The notes: generated from the sequence alone by a model not told the origin. DNA of 64,000 bases from Candidatus Latescibacterota bacterium (GCA_965116875.1 OZ220733.1:3200001-3264000), one strand, 5' to 3'; shown: positions 1-10,242, counted from the stretch's first letter. Translations and numbers: made by a program.

Positions 1-2
1 TC

Positions 3-959
3 GCGGCGACGGCCGCGCGGCACGGCGCGCACGTCATCACCGAAATCCCGGTGGGGCTCACACGGCGCTACGCGAGGGCCGTTGCGCGGACATGCGAAGA
101 ACACGGCGTACTGTGGGAGGTGGCGGAGCAGGTGTGGCTGTGGCCCAGGGAGCGGCTGAAGAGAATGGTCGTCGAGGCTGGCTTGCTCGGAGAGCTGACC
201 CATTCCCGTCTGTGGTACCTGACGGGTCAATACCACGGATTCAACGGAGTCCGCACGTTGCTGGGCAGAGAGGCGAAGCGGGTGCTGGGCTATTGCGGAG
301 AAGCGCCGGCGCTGCCCTATGAGGCCTACGGCGGAGAGCGCGAGACCTCGGTGATGTGGGACCACGCGGTGGTGGAGTTCGAGGGAGGTATCGTCTGTCT
401 CTTCGAAAAACCGCCGCGCGTCTTCCCCTCCCCGGCGCAGGGATTCGCTACCGGTTGGCACGTGGAGGGGACACGTGGATACCTGGACCAGAACCAACTC
501 GTGCTGTACGGCGAGAAAACTGCGCGGGCATACGACCTTCAGGAACGTTTCGTGGAAGTCGAAGGGCGCGACGTGCTGGACGTCGCGCACGTGGATACGG
601 ACCCTCCCGTCACGTGGGAGAATCCGTACCGGAAGTGGCGAATCGGGTCGGCCGACGACGTTGCCAAGGCGAGCATTCTCGTCAGCTTTCACGATGCGAT
701 AACCGGTGGGGGCCGGCCGCAGTATGGGCATGAAAATGCATTGAAAGACTGGGAAATCTGCCTTGCCGTGCGGGAAAGCGCGAGGAGGGGGAATACGTGG
801 GTGGATCTTCCCCTGGGCGAACCCACGGAACTCGAGAGGAAAATCGAGGCGGAATTCGTGCGGCGTTACGGCCACGACCCCGTTGAAGCGCCCGAAAAGC
901 TCCTGGACGCAAACTTCACCCGGTCGGCAACCCTGTGGCCCTACGCGCACTGGCTGTGA
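3..959 (+). CDS. Gfo/Idh/MocA family oxidoreductase, 5'-truncated by the window edge
   Basis: Frame is open from base 3. HVITEIP is a variant of the EKP motif, followed by VAEQ, and the C-terminus (AVRESARRG.WVDLPL) is family-like. Confidence 0.7.
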   Translation, partial: AATAARHGAHVITEIPVGLTRRYARAVARTCEEHGVLWEVAEQVWLWPRERLKRMVVEAGLLGELTHSRLWYLTGQYHGFNGVRTLLGREAKRVLGYCGEAPALPYEAYGGERETSVMWDHAVVEFEGGIVCLFEKPPRVFPSPAQGFATGWHVEGTRGYLDQNQLVLYGEKTARAYDLQERFVEVEGRDVLDVAHVDTDPPVTWENPYRKWRIGSADDVAKASILVSFHDAITGGGRPQYGHENALKDWEICLAVRESARRGNTWVDLPLGEPTELERKIEAEFVRRYGHDPVEAPEKLLDANFTRSATLWPYAHWL

Positions 960-982
960 GAGAGGGGAGCGGAGCCGGAGGT

Positions 983-1285
983 TTGTTTATTGTCCGCCGG
1001 TCGACGGCCAGCGAGTTTATCCGTACCAGGGACGGCGTTGATGATGGCGGAGGCAACGTAATTGGCTTGGCAATTATTGATGGGGCGAAGAGGTTGATCA
1101 AGCGTGTTGTAAAGGGCGGGCGGTCCGTCGATTCCGCAGTGGACGCTCCGGTTGACGATGCTTGGGACCGAGCTCAGGCGGCTGATATAGATCAGTGCCT
1201 TCGTCGCGGAAGGATTGAGATGCTGTCTGCAGAGGAATCCCAGGAAGCGATTGATGCTCTGAAAAAGAAGTGGGACATGCCTTGA
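983..1285 (+). pseudogene. Possible degenerate DUF2283-like segment plus addiction-module antitoxin-like segment
   Basis: DDGGGNVIGLAIIDGAKRL resembles DUF2283. VDDAW...RRGRIEMLSAEE resembles addiction-module components. Both resemblances are weak. Confidence 0.3.
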
Positions 1286-1300
1286 GTAGGCGGCTGGCGA

Positions 1301-1761
1301 TTAAAGATTCTGCAAATGGGTGAAATTTACGGCGGCTGAAGGGTGTTTTTCGAGGGCGGCGAGGTAAAGGGCCAGATCTACGGTAAGCAACGGCGTATTC
1401 TCCGTCACGGCCTCCAGAAGTGCGGCGTCTGTCAGCCCGAGCCGTCTGAATTCAGGTCTTTGCGACGCAGTGGTACTCGCAACCACTATTTCTTCGCTTT
1501 CCTGAATGATATAGCGAAGCCGGTCGAAAAAGTGTGAACGCTCCGGTTCCCGGTGTTGTGCGAGCAGATTGGATGTTTCTGTGAGCGTGTTCGGTGTGAC
1601 GTACACACGTGTTACCGGGTCGATAACGTTTAGCAATAGGTCGTAGTCTTGCTCGCCGAATTTTGCAGTCTGCGATGCCTGGTGATCAGGTCGCGACGTA
1701 CGCTTCCAACGACGAACAATACGAGAAGATTCGCGTCAATGAATAATCCGGTCGACTGTAT
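1301..1761 (-). pseudogene. PIN-domain toxin, frameshifted
   Basis: GLFIDANLLVLFVVGSVRRDLITRHRRLQ lies in one frame and FGEQDYDLLLN...TPNTLTETSNL...GLTDAALL...LLTVDLAL in another. The shift is at the A4 run (1661-1664). The apparent start codon is ATA. Confidence 0.75.
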
Positions 1762-1765
1762 CCGT

Positions 1766-2062
1766 TCATTCCGAAGCCGCAAAGACGCGTTCCTTCACGG
1801 ATATGACTCGGCCGTCCTCGTCGTTGATTCGAAGGACCTTATAAGACCGTGCCGGGCGTCCTTCACTGAGTGCCGCGGTTAGAGGATTCTTATGGTCCCA
1901 CGGACGCGAAAAGCCGACGGTTATTTTCCAATCAAAGGACTTCTCGTCAAACTCCACTTCCTCGAGACCGACGTTGGTGATCCCCTCGCCGTCGAATAGG
2001 TCAATCAAATAATCTTTCGCCACTAGTGCGGCTTCTCTTACGTCCATATTCGTATCGTCCAT
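1766..2062 (-). CDS. Conserved hypothetical protein, probable partner (antitoxin) of the PIN gene
   Basis: 98-aa ORF (MDVREAA...GLEEVEFD...WKITVGFSRPW...YKVLRI) with a GGAG RBS, ending 4 nt before the PIN gene. Confidence 0.7.
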   Translation of the reverse strand: MDDTNMDVREAALVAKDYLIDLFDGEGITNVGLEEVEFDEKSFDWKITVGFSRPWDHKNPLTAALSEGRPARSYKVLRINDEDGRVISVKERVFAASE

Positions 2063-2211
2063 CGGGTTCTCCACCATCTGTTCACAACAGTGAGACTTTA
2101 CAACATGTGACTGTCGCCCAATATACCCAAAACCACAACCTCGGGCAACCTGCCCGCTCGAATATCCGTGACATCGGCCGATGAAACTCGGCATTTGGAA
2201 AGGTATTGTTC

Positions 2212-3321
2212 GTGAAGATCGACTCCGCGGAAATACGATACGTCGAACTGCCGCTGATATCGCCGTGGCGGACCGCATACGGCGAGGATGCGTCGATACA
2301 TTCCGTGATGGTCAGGCTGTGCGGCGGCGGGGCGGAGGCGTGGGGCGAGGCGGCGCCGTTCTATGCCCCGACCTATTCGCCCGAATCGGCGCGGTCCGTC
2401 TATGAGACCGCCCGGGAGTTTTTCCTGCCGCGAATTGTGGGCCATACGCTGGATACCGCCGAGGAGGTCGTTGAGCGGTTGTCCATCTTCAAGGGGAATT
2501 CCTTCTCCAAAGCCGCGGTGGAAACGGCCTGGTGGGCGCTCGACAGTACGTTAAGGGGAGTCCCCCTATGGCGCGCGCTGGGGGCGGACGATCCGGTGGT
2601 GCGGTGCGGCGCCGATTTCGGGGTCCAGGACACGATCGACGAGCTTCTCGCCCTGATACAGGGCGCCGTGGACGCGGGCTTTCCGCGGATCAAGCTGAAG
2701 GTGAAACACGGATGGGATATCGAGATGCTGGATGCCGTGAGGTCGGCCTTTCCGGGTCCCGTGATTCACGTGGACTGCAACTCCGGCTACGACCTGAAGG
2801 CGGATATTGATACGCTGGTGGGTTTCGACCGGTTCAATCTGGCGATGATCGAGCAACCTCTGGACCATACGGACCTCGTCGAACACGCCGAGTTGCAGCG
2901 TCGGATCGAGACGCCCGTGTGCCTGGACGAATCGGTCACGCGCCCTCGTGACTTCGAGTTGGCGCTGAAAATCGACGCCTGCCGCGTGATCAACGTAAAG
3001 CCGGGACGCGTGGGCGGGCTGTCTAACGCGGTACGGATTCACAATATGGCGCGCGACGCGGGGATGCCCGCGTGGGTGGGGGGCATGCTGGAAAGCGGGG
3101 TAGGCGCGGGAATCTGCGCCGCGCTGGGAACGCTGCCCGGATTCACCTATCCGGCGGACGTGTTTCCATCTTCAAAATTCTATGCGGAGGATATTACGAA
3201 GCGATGGGTGGAGCAGGACGAAAACTGCAACGTCGTGCTGGACGAAACGCCCGGCGTGGGGTTCGATCCGGTTCAGGAACGCCTGGATGCGGTGACGGCG
3301 ATGCGGGAGGTGATTGAATAA
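2212..3321 (+). CDS. menC: o-succinylbenzoate synthase / N-acylamino acid racemase (enolase superfamily)
   Basis: KLK, VDCN, MIEQP, CLDES, INVKPGRVGG and GGMLESGVG motifs. Confidence 0.8.
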   Translation: MKIDSAEIRYVELPLISPWRTAYGEDASIHSVMVRLCGGGAEAWGEAAPFYAPTYSPESARSVYETAREFFLPRIVGHTLDTAEEVVERLSIFKGNSFSKAAVETAWWALDSTLRGVPLWRALGADDPVVRCGADFGVQDTIDELLALIQGAVDAGFPRIKLKVKHGWDIEMLDAVRSAFPGPVIHVDCNSGYDLKADIDTLVGFDRFNLAMIEQPLDHTDLVEHAELQRRIETPVCLDESVTRPRDFELALKIDACRVINVKPGRVGGLSNAVRIHNMARDAGMPAWVGGMLESGVGAGICAALGTLPGFTYPADVFPSSKFYAEDITKRWVEQDENCNVVLDETPGVGFDPVQERLDAVTAMREVIE

Positions 3322-3404
3322 GGGGGTGTTTCAACCGCGCGCAGAGTGACATGGTCGCCGGACGTCGAGCCCGTCGCAGGTTGAAATCGCGGCGGGTTTT
3401 TGTC

Positions 3405-4751
3405 TTAAAAAAGTTGCGCCAGCAGGTCGTCTGCGAGGGACTCCATGGCCGGGGCCGTGCCCACGCCGCCCAGAGAGGAGTTGGCCGCCCAGGTTTCGTA
3501 TCCGCCCTCCTCGGTAAGAGCTCTGTCAGTACAGATATAGCCGATGTAGCCGTTGGCAAGACTGACGATAAAGACAGGACTGGCGGACGTCCGTGACTTG
3601 ATACCCAGGCCCGATTCAACGAAAACCTCGCCGGGAAGGGCCACGATGGCGGCGTCGCTGAGTCTGAAGATCTGCACCTGGGCGCTCATTCTGGACGGGA
3701 GTTTGGCCAGGCGCCGGCATTCCATGGCGTAGATATCCACGATGGACCGGGGGATGGGTTGGCCCACAACCCAGCTGAAGGGGCCTTCGTCGTATTCCGG
3801 CGGATCGTTGGGCGACGCCAGGATTTTTCCGGCCATTTCCAGGTCTTCAGGCGTGATGGTTCTGGGCGAGAAATCGAACGTGCCCGCAGCGGTCCGAAGG
3901 TCCAGGGAATCCTGCATATCCATCAGCTGGATTTCGGTGAGCATGTGGCCTGCCAGGACGTTGGCCATTTTCTTCGCGTGGGCGTGGCCCCGTTCCTTCC
4001 ACCTTCGGCGCCCGCTGAAGTCGATATTGTTGATCTGGCCGGACGCGGCATTCCACAGCAGGGAAACGCATTCGCCGCCCAGATAACGGCGCATCAGCCT
4101 GAAGAAGTGTCCGAAGTAGTCGGCCGAGATGCCACCTCCGGCGCCGATGTAGTGGAGTGAATAGCATGCAACGGCCGACAGCGGGTTGCCGTTCACGTCC
4201 TCCACGTAGGCCATTGCGAGTTCCGGGTCCGTCGGGCCCGAGGGTTCGACCAGGTTCGGGTCGGCCACCCCCGGGTTCATCCGCACGGTCCCGTCCTTCA
4301 TCCGCCAGCGGCGGTTGAATGCGATCCGGTCTTCCTGCACGCTCGCGAAGCCGATTCGGGCGGGGCGCAGGCGGCGGCACGCGAGTTCGGCGGCGTCCGC
4401 GATCTTGAGGTGAAGCCATTCGATATAGTCCGAATCGCCGTCCGTGCCCAGCAAGTCGGCGATGCCGCCCCCGCTGTGCGTGTGGGTTGCGTTGATCATC
4501 GTGTTTTCGATGGGGATGCCGCACCGTTCGGCCACGCGCTGTCTCGCGCGGTCCGCGATATTCCGCGGCATGGCGATGAGATCGCAGGTGATGAAGGCGA
4601 CGCGGGCATGGCCGTTGTCCAGGACGAGCGCTTTGGCCAGGAGTTCGTCGTGGACGTCTACGGCGTATCCCGGGCGATGCCCGCCCGGAATGGTCACGCC
4701 CAGCCAGGGCGTGATGTTGGCCGTGGCGGCGCCTGCGTGTAAAGCGCCCAT
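3405..4751 (-). CDS. Neutral/alkaline ceramidase-like hydrolase
   Basis: VHDELLAKALV, NATHTHSG, PGEVF, LANGYIGY and EGGYET motifs; GGAG RBS. Confidence 0.75.
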   Translation of the reverse strand: MGALHAGAATANITPWLGVTIPGGHRPGYAVDVHDELLAKALVLDNGHARVAFITCDLIAMPRNIADRARQRVAERCGIPIENTMINATHTHSGGGIADLLGTDGDSDYIEWLHLKIADAAELACRRLRPARIGFASVQEDRIAFNRRWRMKDGTVRMNPGVADPNLVEPSGPTDPELAMAYVEDVNGNPLSAVACYSLHYIGAGGGISADYFGHFFRLMRRYLGGECVSLLWNAASGQINNIDFSGRRRWKERGHAHAKKMANVLAGHMLTEIQLMDMQDSLDLRTAAGTFDFSPRTITPEDLEMAGKILASPNDPPEYDEGPFSWVVGQPIPRSIVDIYAMECRRLAKLPSRMSAQVQIFRLSDAAIVALPGEVFVESGLGIKSRTSASPVFIVSLANGYIGYICTDRALTEEGGYETWAANSSLGGVGTAPAMESLADDLLAQLF

Positions 4752-4765
4752 TGGAGGTCTCCTGT

Positions 4766-5767
4766 TTATCCGATGCTCAGAAACTCGCCGCCCCGGCGTG
4801 CGGATTCCTCCGCCATGATGCATGCTCGGGCAACGGCCAGCACATCGGAGGTGGTAATGAAGTTCTCTTCGCCGCCGGAGAACGCGTTCACCATGGTTTC
4901 CACAAAGCTGCTGTTGCGTGCGTGCGGGAAATCGGGTTCGTACGCACCCTTGCCGTCTGCGACGATGAGCAGGCTGTCCGCCGCGTACGCCCGGAGGTGT
5001 GCGGATCCCTTCGTGCCCATGATGATGAAGCGCGTGTCGCCGAAAGAAGGGGAGTCGGCGGGGGTCAGCCAGTCCGCGGTAAGCAGCGCGCAGGCTCCTG
5101 TGCTCAACTGAAATGATGCCTGAATGTGGTCCATTTCCAGCTTTTGAGGGTCGTGGGTATGTCTCTTGCACGTGCCGAGGGCGTGTACGCCCACACATTC
5201 CGCGCCCGTGAGCCATCGGACCTGGTCAACGCCGTGGCACGCGACGTCGCTGAAGGTGCCCGTGTAGGTCAGGGGATCGAAATACCATTCGGGGGCCCAA
5301 TCGCCCAGTTTGTGGGGATGGGTGGAGATGAGGCTGACGATCTCGCCGAGTTCTCCCGCCAGAATGGCTTCCCTCAGCGCGATGAAGGGCGGGTAACTGC
5401 GTGAGGTATAGAACATGGTCAGGCGGATATTGTGCTCCCGGACAGCGGTATGGATGCGTCTCCAATCTTCCAGAGACCTGCAAAGAGGTTTGTCCAGGAA
5501 TACATGGGCGCCCGCCGCGGCGCAGGTCTCGATCGTGTCCACCTTCTCGTGGTGGCCCACGCCTTCCATCACGACGTCTGCGCGGGTTGCGTCAAGCATG
5601 TCCGCCAGCGTGGGATAGCGGGGTACGTTGACGTCGCGTGTGTATTGTTCGTACAGGGCGTCGTCCGGTTCGACGATGCCCACCAGTTCCGCGTTGGGGG
5701 CGTTGACCGCGGACCGGAACATGCTGCCGATGTGTCCGTAGTGGACGCCCATGACTCCGATTTTCAT
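4766..5767 (-). CDS. Gfo/Idh/MocA family oxidoreductase
   Basis: N-terminal Rossmann fold, HVFLDKP, DVACHGVD. Confidence 0.85.
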   Translation of the reverse strand: MKIGVMGVHYGHIGSMFRSAVNAPNAELVGIVEPDDALYEQYTRDVNVPRYPTLADMLDATRADVVMEGVGHHEKVDTIETCAAAGAHVFLDKPLCRSLEDWRRIHTAVREHNIRLTMFYTSRSYPPFIALREAILAGELGEIVSLISTHPHKLGDWAPEWYFDPLTYTGTFSDVACHGVDQVRWLTGAECVGVHALGTCKRHTHDPQKLEMDHIQASFQLSTGACALLTADWLTPADSPSFGDTRFIIMGTKGSAHLRAYAADSLLIVADGKGAYEPDFPHARNSSFVETMVNAFSGGEENFITTSDVLAVARACIMAEESARRGGEFLSIG

Positions 5768-5777
5768 GGTATGACTC

Positions 5778-6896
5778 CTACCCCGAATACTTTTCGATTC
5801 GCTCCCGGTCCAGTTCGATTCCAAGCCCAGGTGTGGTGGGTATGGTTAGCAGGCCGTTATCGTCGAGTTGGAAGGGTTCGGTCAGGATGTCTTCGATGTA
5901 AGGCGACGGCGTGATGTACTCCACCCAGCGAGCCGTGGGATGGGCGGCGGCAAGATGCAGGTCCGCAGCGAGGCCGACGGCTGTATTCCATCCGTGGGTG
6001 ACCAGCAGTACGTTGTGATTGCAGGCGTGCCAGAGGATACGGCGCGTTTCCGACAGGCCGCCGACCTTTGTGGCGTCCGGCTGAACGATATCGAAGGCGC
6101 CGCGCGCGATCCAGGACAGGAAGCTCTGCCGCCTCGTCAGGACCTCACCGCCGGCAATGGGGACCGGGGCGTTTTGACGGAGGGCGATGAATCCATCCAG
6201 ATCGTCAGGAGGGAGGGCTTCCTCGAACCAGACCACGTCGTAGTCGGCCAGCATCCTTGCGGTTTCCAGGGCCCACTTGTACCCGTGCGGCCAGAACTGA
6301 TCGCTCCCGCCGGCATCGACCATCAGTTCGACGTCCGGTCCCACGGTATCGCGGGCGAGTTTGACGAGCCGCTCGTCGGTATGCTTATCCACGCGGCCGA
6401 ACGGTCCCCATCCGAGCTTGAGCGCGCGGAATCCCCGGGAAACGGCCGACACCAGCGTCTGTTTGAACGCCGAGTCATTCGCTTCGAAGAGGAGAGAGCC
6501 ATAGGGCTTGATCTTCCGCCGGTAGTATCCGCCCAGGAGGCGCCCCACGGGCTGTCCGCTGGCTTTGCCCAGAAGGTCCCACAGCGCGATGTCGATGCCG
6601 GAAATCGCATGCGTGACCGAACCGCCCCGCCCCTGCCAGAAGGTCGACTGGTGGAGCTTTTCGGAAACGCGCTCCGGCTCGATGGCCGACTCTCCGATAA
6701 AATGGGGTTTCAGAAGGTCCAGAGCGGCATCGACCAGGGCCTGGCTGGTGGCGACGCTTCCCAGTCCGGTCAGGCCGCTGTCCGTATGTACTTCAAGGAG
6801 CGTGTGCAGGTTCTCTGACGGCGGGGTTTCGGCCGTCCAGCCGGATTTCGGCGTTGCGCCCCTCAGGGCGATTGTCTGTATACCGGTAATTCTCAT
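5778..6896 (-). CDS. Mandelate racemase/muconate lactonizing enzyme family protein
   Basis: AISGIDIALWDLLGK, MVDAG, WFEE, GGE, QPD and PGLGIE motifs. Confidence 0.9.
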   Translation of the reverse strand: MRITGIQTIALRGATPKSGWTAETPPSENLHTLLEVHTDSGLTGLGSVATSQALVDAALDLLKPHFIGESAIEPERVSEKLHQSTFWQGRGGSVTHAISGIDIALWDLLGKASGQPVGRLLGGYYRRKIKPYGSLLFEANDSAFKQTLVSAVSRGFRALKLGWGPFGRVDKHTDERLVKLARDTVGPDVELMVDAGGSDQFWPHGYKWALETARMLADYDVVWFEEALPPDDLDGFIALRQNAPVPIAGGEVLTRRQSFLSWIARGAFDIVQPDATKVGGLSETRRILWHACNHNVLLVTHGWNTAVGLAADLHLAAAHPTARWVEYITPSPYIEDILTEPFQLDDNGLLTIPTTPGLGIELDRERIEKYSG

Positions 6897-7090
6897 TCGG
6901 TCGAAACCGTGTTGAAAGGAGCCGACCAGGTCGGTCCGGAGGTTTGGATTGCGAGGAAGAGAAGCTGAGCGGCACCGGTAACGCGATGATTCCGGCGCCT
7001 GAACCTTTCCGGGTTGGTGCCCGGACGCCAATATATGGATTCGGTGTCTTCGCTTCAACAGGAAATCGAGGCTGACTGGCGCACTTCGAG

Positions 7091-7226
7091 CTGCCAAAAT
7101 GGCAGATCACCATTCTTCGAAGGGTCCATTTGAAAGCGAAATCGATTTCCATTTCCGACTTGATGTTATAAATTCTTGTATATCAACATGATACGGAATT
7201 TTTCAGCATTCGGGCACAATAGTTGC
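7091..7226 (+). promoter_or_regulatory. Putative sigma54 promoter with upstream activator palindrome and AT-rich IHF-like site, upstream of lon
   Basis: GG-CACAATAGTT-GC (GG-N10-GC) at 7213-7226; palindrome CTGCCAAAATGGCAG at 7091-7105; TATCAACATGATA in an AT-rich spacer between them. Confidence 0.55.
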
Positions 7227-7284
7227 ATGTATTCTGGCGATATCAATTCGCGACGGCCGCGGAAGCCTCTCCCCCCGATCCCTG

Positions 7285-7415
7285 AAAAGCGGTGAGACGG
7301 GAGGGGAGAGATTGCCTGCCTTGTGAGGAATCGTTTCGTGCCGGAGGCAGGAACGTATAAAATACGGGGCAAGGATTTCTTCTACCGTCTACCCTCTACC
7401 GTCTTACCGCCTTTT
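7285..7415 (+). repeat. Dispersed ~130-bp element (family A) with heptamer inverted arms, copy 1
   Basis: Aligns to 59901-60030 and to the reverse strand of 63793-63949. Core is GCCGGAGGCA...GGCAAGGATTTCTTCTACCGTCT. Confidence 0.85.
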
Positions 7416-7525
7416 GGCGACCCGTCACTCCAACTCCTCTCTTACAGGAAAGGGAAAAATCCCGGGTTGACCAATCACGTTATGTCGCGAATCGGAACGT
7501 CCGAAACACACAAGGAGCGTACAGG

Positions 7526-10030
7526 ATGTCGGACAAGAAGACATCAGATAGCATCGAAGTGATCGACCGGACACACGTCCCGGGCGAAGTGCCCGTGTTG
7601 AGAAGCAGGGAAGTGGTAATCTTTCCCCATATGCTGTCACCGTTGTCTATTGAAAGCGAGCAGGCGATCCGCGCGGTGGACACCGCGGTGAACGGGGGAC
7701 ACCGGGTCGTTGCGTTGTTCGGGCAGAAACCGGGCCCGGAACAGGGGAACACGGAAACTGAAAACGACGCCGGCGAGGAAGAGAGCGATATTCAGGCCGA
7801 GGACCTGTACCAGGTGGGGACGGCCGTGCAGGTGGTCCGGATGCAGAGAACGCCGGACAACAAGCTGCAGGTCCTTGTCAACGGAATTGCGCGCGTGGGC
7901 CTGGAGGCGCTGGTTCAGACCACGCCGTTTCCTCTGGCGCGGATCAGGGTGCTGGAGAGTTGGGCGGAGAAGACCAACGAGTTGGAAGCGCTTTCCCAGA
8001 ACGTGCTTGGTCTGTTCAAGAGGGCGATGCATCTGGTGCCCAACGTGCCCAAAGAGCTGATGGCGGCGCTGGATGCTCTGAACGAACAGGAACAGAAGGC
8101 GGATTTTATCGCTTCCCAGTTCAACCTCAGGTTCGAGGAACGCCAGGAAGTCCTGTCCGAACTCAACCTGCGTCTCAGGTTCGAATTGATTCACAAGTTC
8201 CTGACGAGAGAAGTGGAAATCCTGGAGTTGCGGCAGAAGATCGAAAGCAATGCGGCCGGGTCCATGGATGAGGCGCAGCGCGAGTATTTCCTCCGTCAGC
8301 AGCTCAAGGCCATTCGCGAGGAACTGGGGGAAGGCGGGGACGAGGTCGAGGAGATCGAGGAGTTGGCCGACAAGATCGAAGCCGCGGGCATGCCGGACGA
8401 GGCAAGAAAGGCCGCCGATCGAGAGCTCTCGAGAATGGAGAAGATGCCGGGCGAGTCCGCGGAATATACGGTGTCTCGAACGTATCTCGACTGGCTGGTG
8501 GAACTGCCGTGGAGCAAGGCAAGCGAAGACCGTATCGACGTGGACCGGGCGCAGAAGATTCTGGATGACGACCATTTCGGGATCGAAAAGCCGAAGGACC
8601 GGATCCTGGAGTATCTGGCGGTTCGCGGGCTGAAAAATGACATGCGCGGGCCCATTCTGTGTCTGGTGGGTCCTCCGGGCACGGGAAAGACGTCGCTGGG
8701 TCGGTCCGTGGCGCGTGCGCTGGACCGCACCTTTGTGCGGGTTTCGCTTGGCGGGGTGCGGGACGAATCGGAAGTGAGGGGCCACAGGCGGACCTACGTC
8801 GGCGCGCTTCCAGGCCGGATCATTCAGGGGCTGCGCCGGGCGGGTACGAACAACCCGGTGTTCATGCTGGACGAGATCGACAAACTGGGCGCCGATTTCC
8901 GGGGCGACCCGTCGGCGGCGCTGCTGGAGGTTCTGGATCCCGAACAGAATTGCAGATTTGAGGACCACTACCTGGACGTGCCGTTCGATCTTTCACAGGT
9001 CATGTTCATCGCTACGGCAAACACGCTGCATACAATCCCGCCCGCCCTGCTGGACCGGATGGAAATCCTTGAACTGCCGGGCTACACCGAGCAGGAAAAA
9101 CTGGAGATCGCCCGCAGCTATCTCGTGCCCAGGCAGCTCGAGGAGCACGGGTTGACGGCCAGGCGGCTGGAGATCGACACCGAAGCGATAACGGGCCTGA
9201 TCCGGTACTATACCAGCGAGGCGGGGCTGCGCAACCTGGAGCGGGCCGTGGGAACACTGTGCCGCAAGGTGGCGCGCCGATTCGCCCAGGGACGGAAGCG
9301 GAAGGTGAGGGTGAAGACAGGACATTTGCAGGAATTCCTGGGGCCCCGGCAGTTCCTGCACGAAATCGCCGAGGAAAACGATGAAGTGGGCGTTGCGGCC
9401 GGCCTGGCGGTGACGTCCACGGGAGGCGACGTGATGTTCGTGGAGGCGACCCTGATGCCTGGCGGCGGAAACGTGAAGCTGACCGGACAGGTTGGCGACG
9501 TGATGCAGGAGTCCGTCCAGGCCGCGACGACGTACGTGCGCTCCCGGTGGGAGAGCCTGGGGTTGGCCGAAAAGTTCAACGAGGAAAAGGACGTGCACGT
9601 CCATGCGCCGGCGGGAGCGGTGCCCAAGGACGGTCCGTCGGCTGGGATCACGATGGCGGCTGTGCTGGCGTCGGTCTTCACGGGCCGCCCGGTTCGGAAG
9701 GACGTGGCGATGACCGGGGAGATCACGTTGCGAGGCAAGGTGTTGCCCGTCGGCGGCATTCGCGACAAGGTGCTGGCGGCCCACCGGGCGGGCATCCGGA
9801 CGGTGATCCTCCCCGAGAAAAACCGGAAGGACCTGGAAGAAGTGCCGGATGCCGTTCGCAAGGACGTCAGGCTGGTGTTCGTGGATCAGATGGACAAGGT
9901 GCTGGACACTGCGCTGGTCAAAAAGAAAAGGGCGCCGGCCAAACGCCGCTCAGGGGCCGCAGGAAACAGGCCGTCCGTCAGAACAGGCAACCGCCGCCGT
10001 CCGGCGGTAACGGCAAGTCCCGGAGAGTGA
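7526..10030 (+). CDS. lon: Lon protease (endopeptidase La)
   Basis: LON N-terminal domain, GPPGTGKT Walker A, LDEIDK, HRRTYVGALPG, catalytic PKDGPSAG. Confidence 0.97.
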   Translation: MSDKKTSDSIEVIDRTHVPGEVPVLRSREVVIFPHMLSPLSIESEQAIRAVDTAVNGGHRVVALFGQKPGPEQGNTETENDAGEEESDIQAEDLYQVGTAVQVVRMQRTPDNKLQVLVNGIARVGLEALVQTTPFPLARIRVLESWAEKTNELEALSQNVLGLFKRAMHLVPNVPKELMAALDALNEQEQKADFIASQFNLRFEERQEVLSELNLRLRFELIHKFLTREVEILELRQKIESNAAGSMDEAQREYFLRQQLKAIREELGEGGDEVEEIEELADKIEAAGMPDEARKAADRELSRMEKMPGESAEYTVSRTYLDWLVELPWSKASEDRIDVDRAQKILDDDHFGIEKPKDRILEYLAVRGLKNDMRGPILCLVGPPGTGKTSLGRSVARALDRTFVRVSLGGVRDESEVRGHRRTYVGALPGRIIQGLRRAGTNNPVFMLDEIDKLGADFRGDPSAALLEVLDPEQNCRFEDHYLDVPFDLSQVMFIATANTLHTIPPALLDRMEILELPGYTEQEKLEIARSYLVPRQLEEHGLTARRLEIDTEAITGLIRYYTSEAGLRNLERAVGTLCRKVARRFAQGRKRKVRVKTGHLQEFLGPRQFLHEIAEENDEVGVAAGLAVTSTGGDVMFVEATLMPGGGNVKLTGQVGDVMQESVQAATTYVRSRWESLGLAEKFNEEKDVHVHAPAGAVPKDGPSAGITMAAVLASVFTGRPVRKDVAMTGEITLRGKVLPVGGIRDKVLAAHRAGIRTVILPEKNRKDLEEVPDAVRKDVRLVFVDQMDKVLDTALVKKKRAPAKRRSGAAGNRPSVRTGNRRRPAVTASPGE

Positions 10031-10073
10031 GGGTCGGCGCAGAATACACGACGGGAAGTCAGGAAAAAAACAG

Positions 10074-10110
10074 AAGGGTCGAAGCGTGAGCGGCTTCGAC
10101 CCTTGTTTGT
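10074..10110. terminator. Intrinsic terminator, likely bidirectional
   Basis: 12-bp stem AAGGGTCGAAGC/GCTTCGACCCTT flanked by A-rich and T-rich tracts, between convergent genes. Confidence 0.75.
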
Positions 10111-10242
10111 GTGGATAGCTGCAATTACGTGTTGGGGACTGGATCTTCTGTCGTCGCGGAAGGATTGATGGAGTGTCCGGTGCGGAAGCGCAAACGACCA
10201 ACGGCATTCCGTGCGGACGATTCGTCACTACCAGGAGCCGGT

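Noticed and set aside
3322-3404. TTTCAACC/GGTTGAAA inverted repeat as a mobile element
   Set aside because: Single 8-bp match with no second copy in the window.
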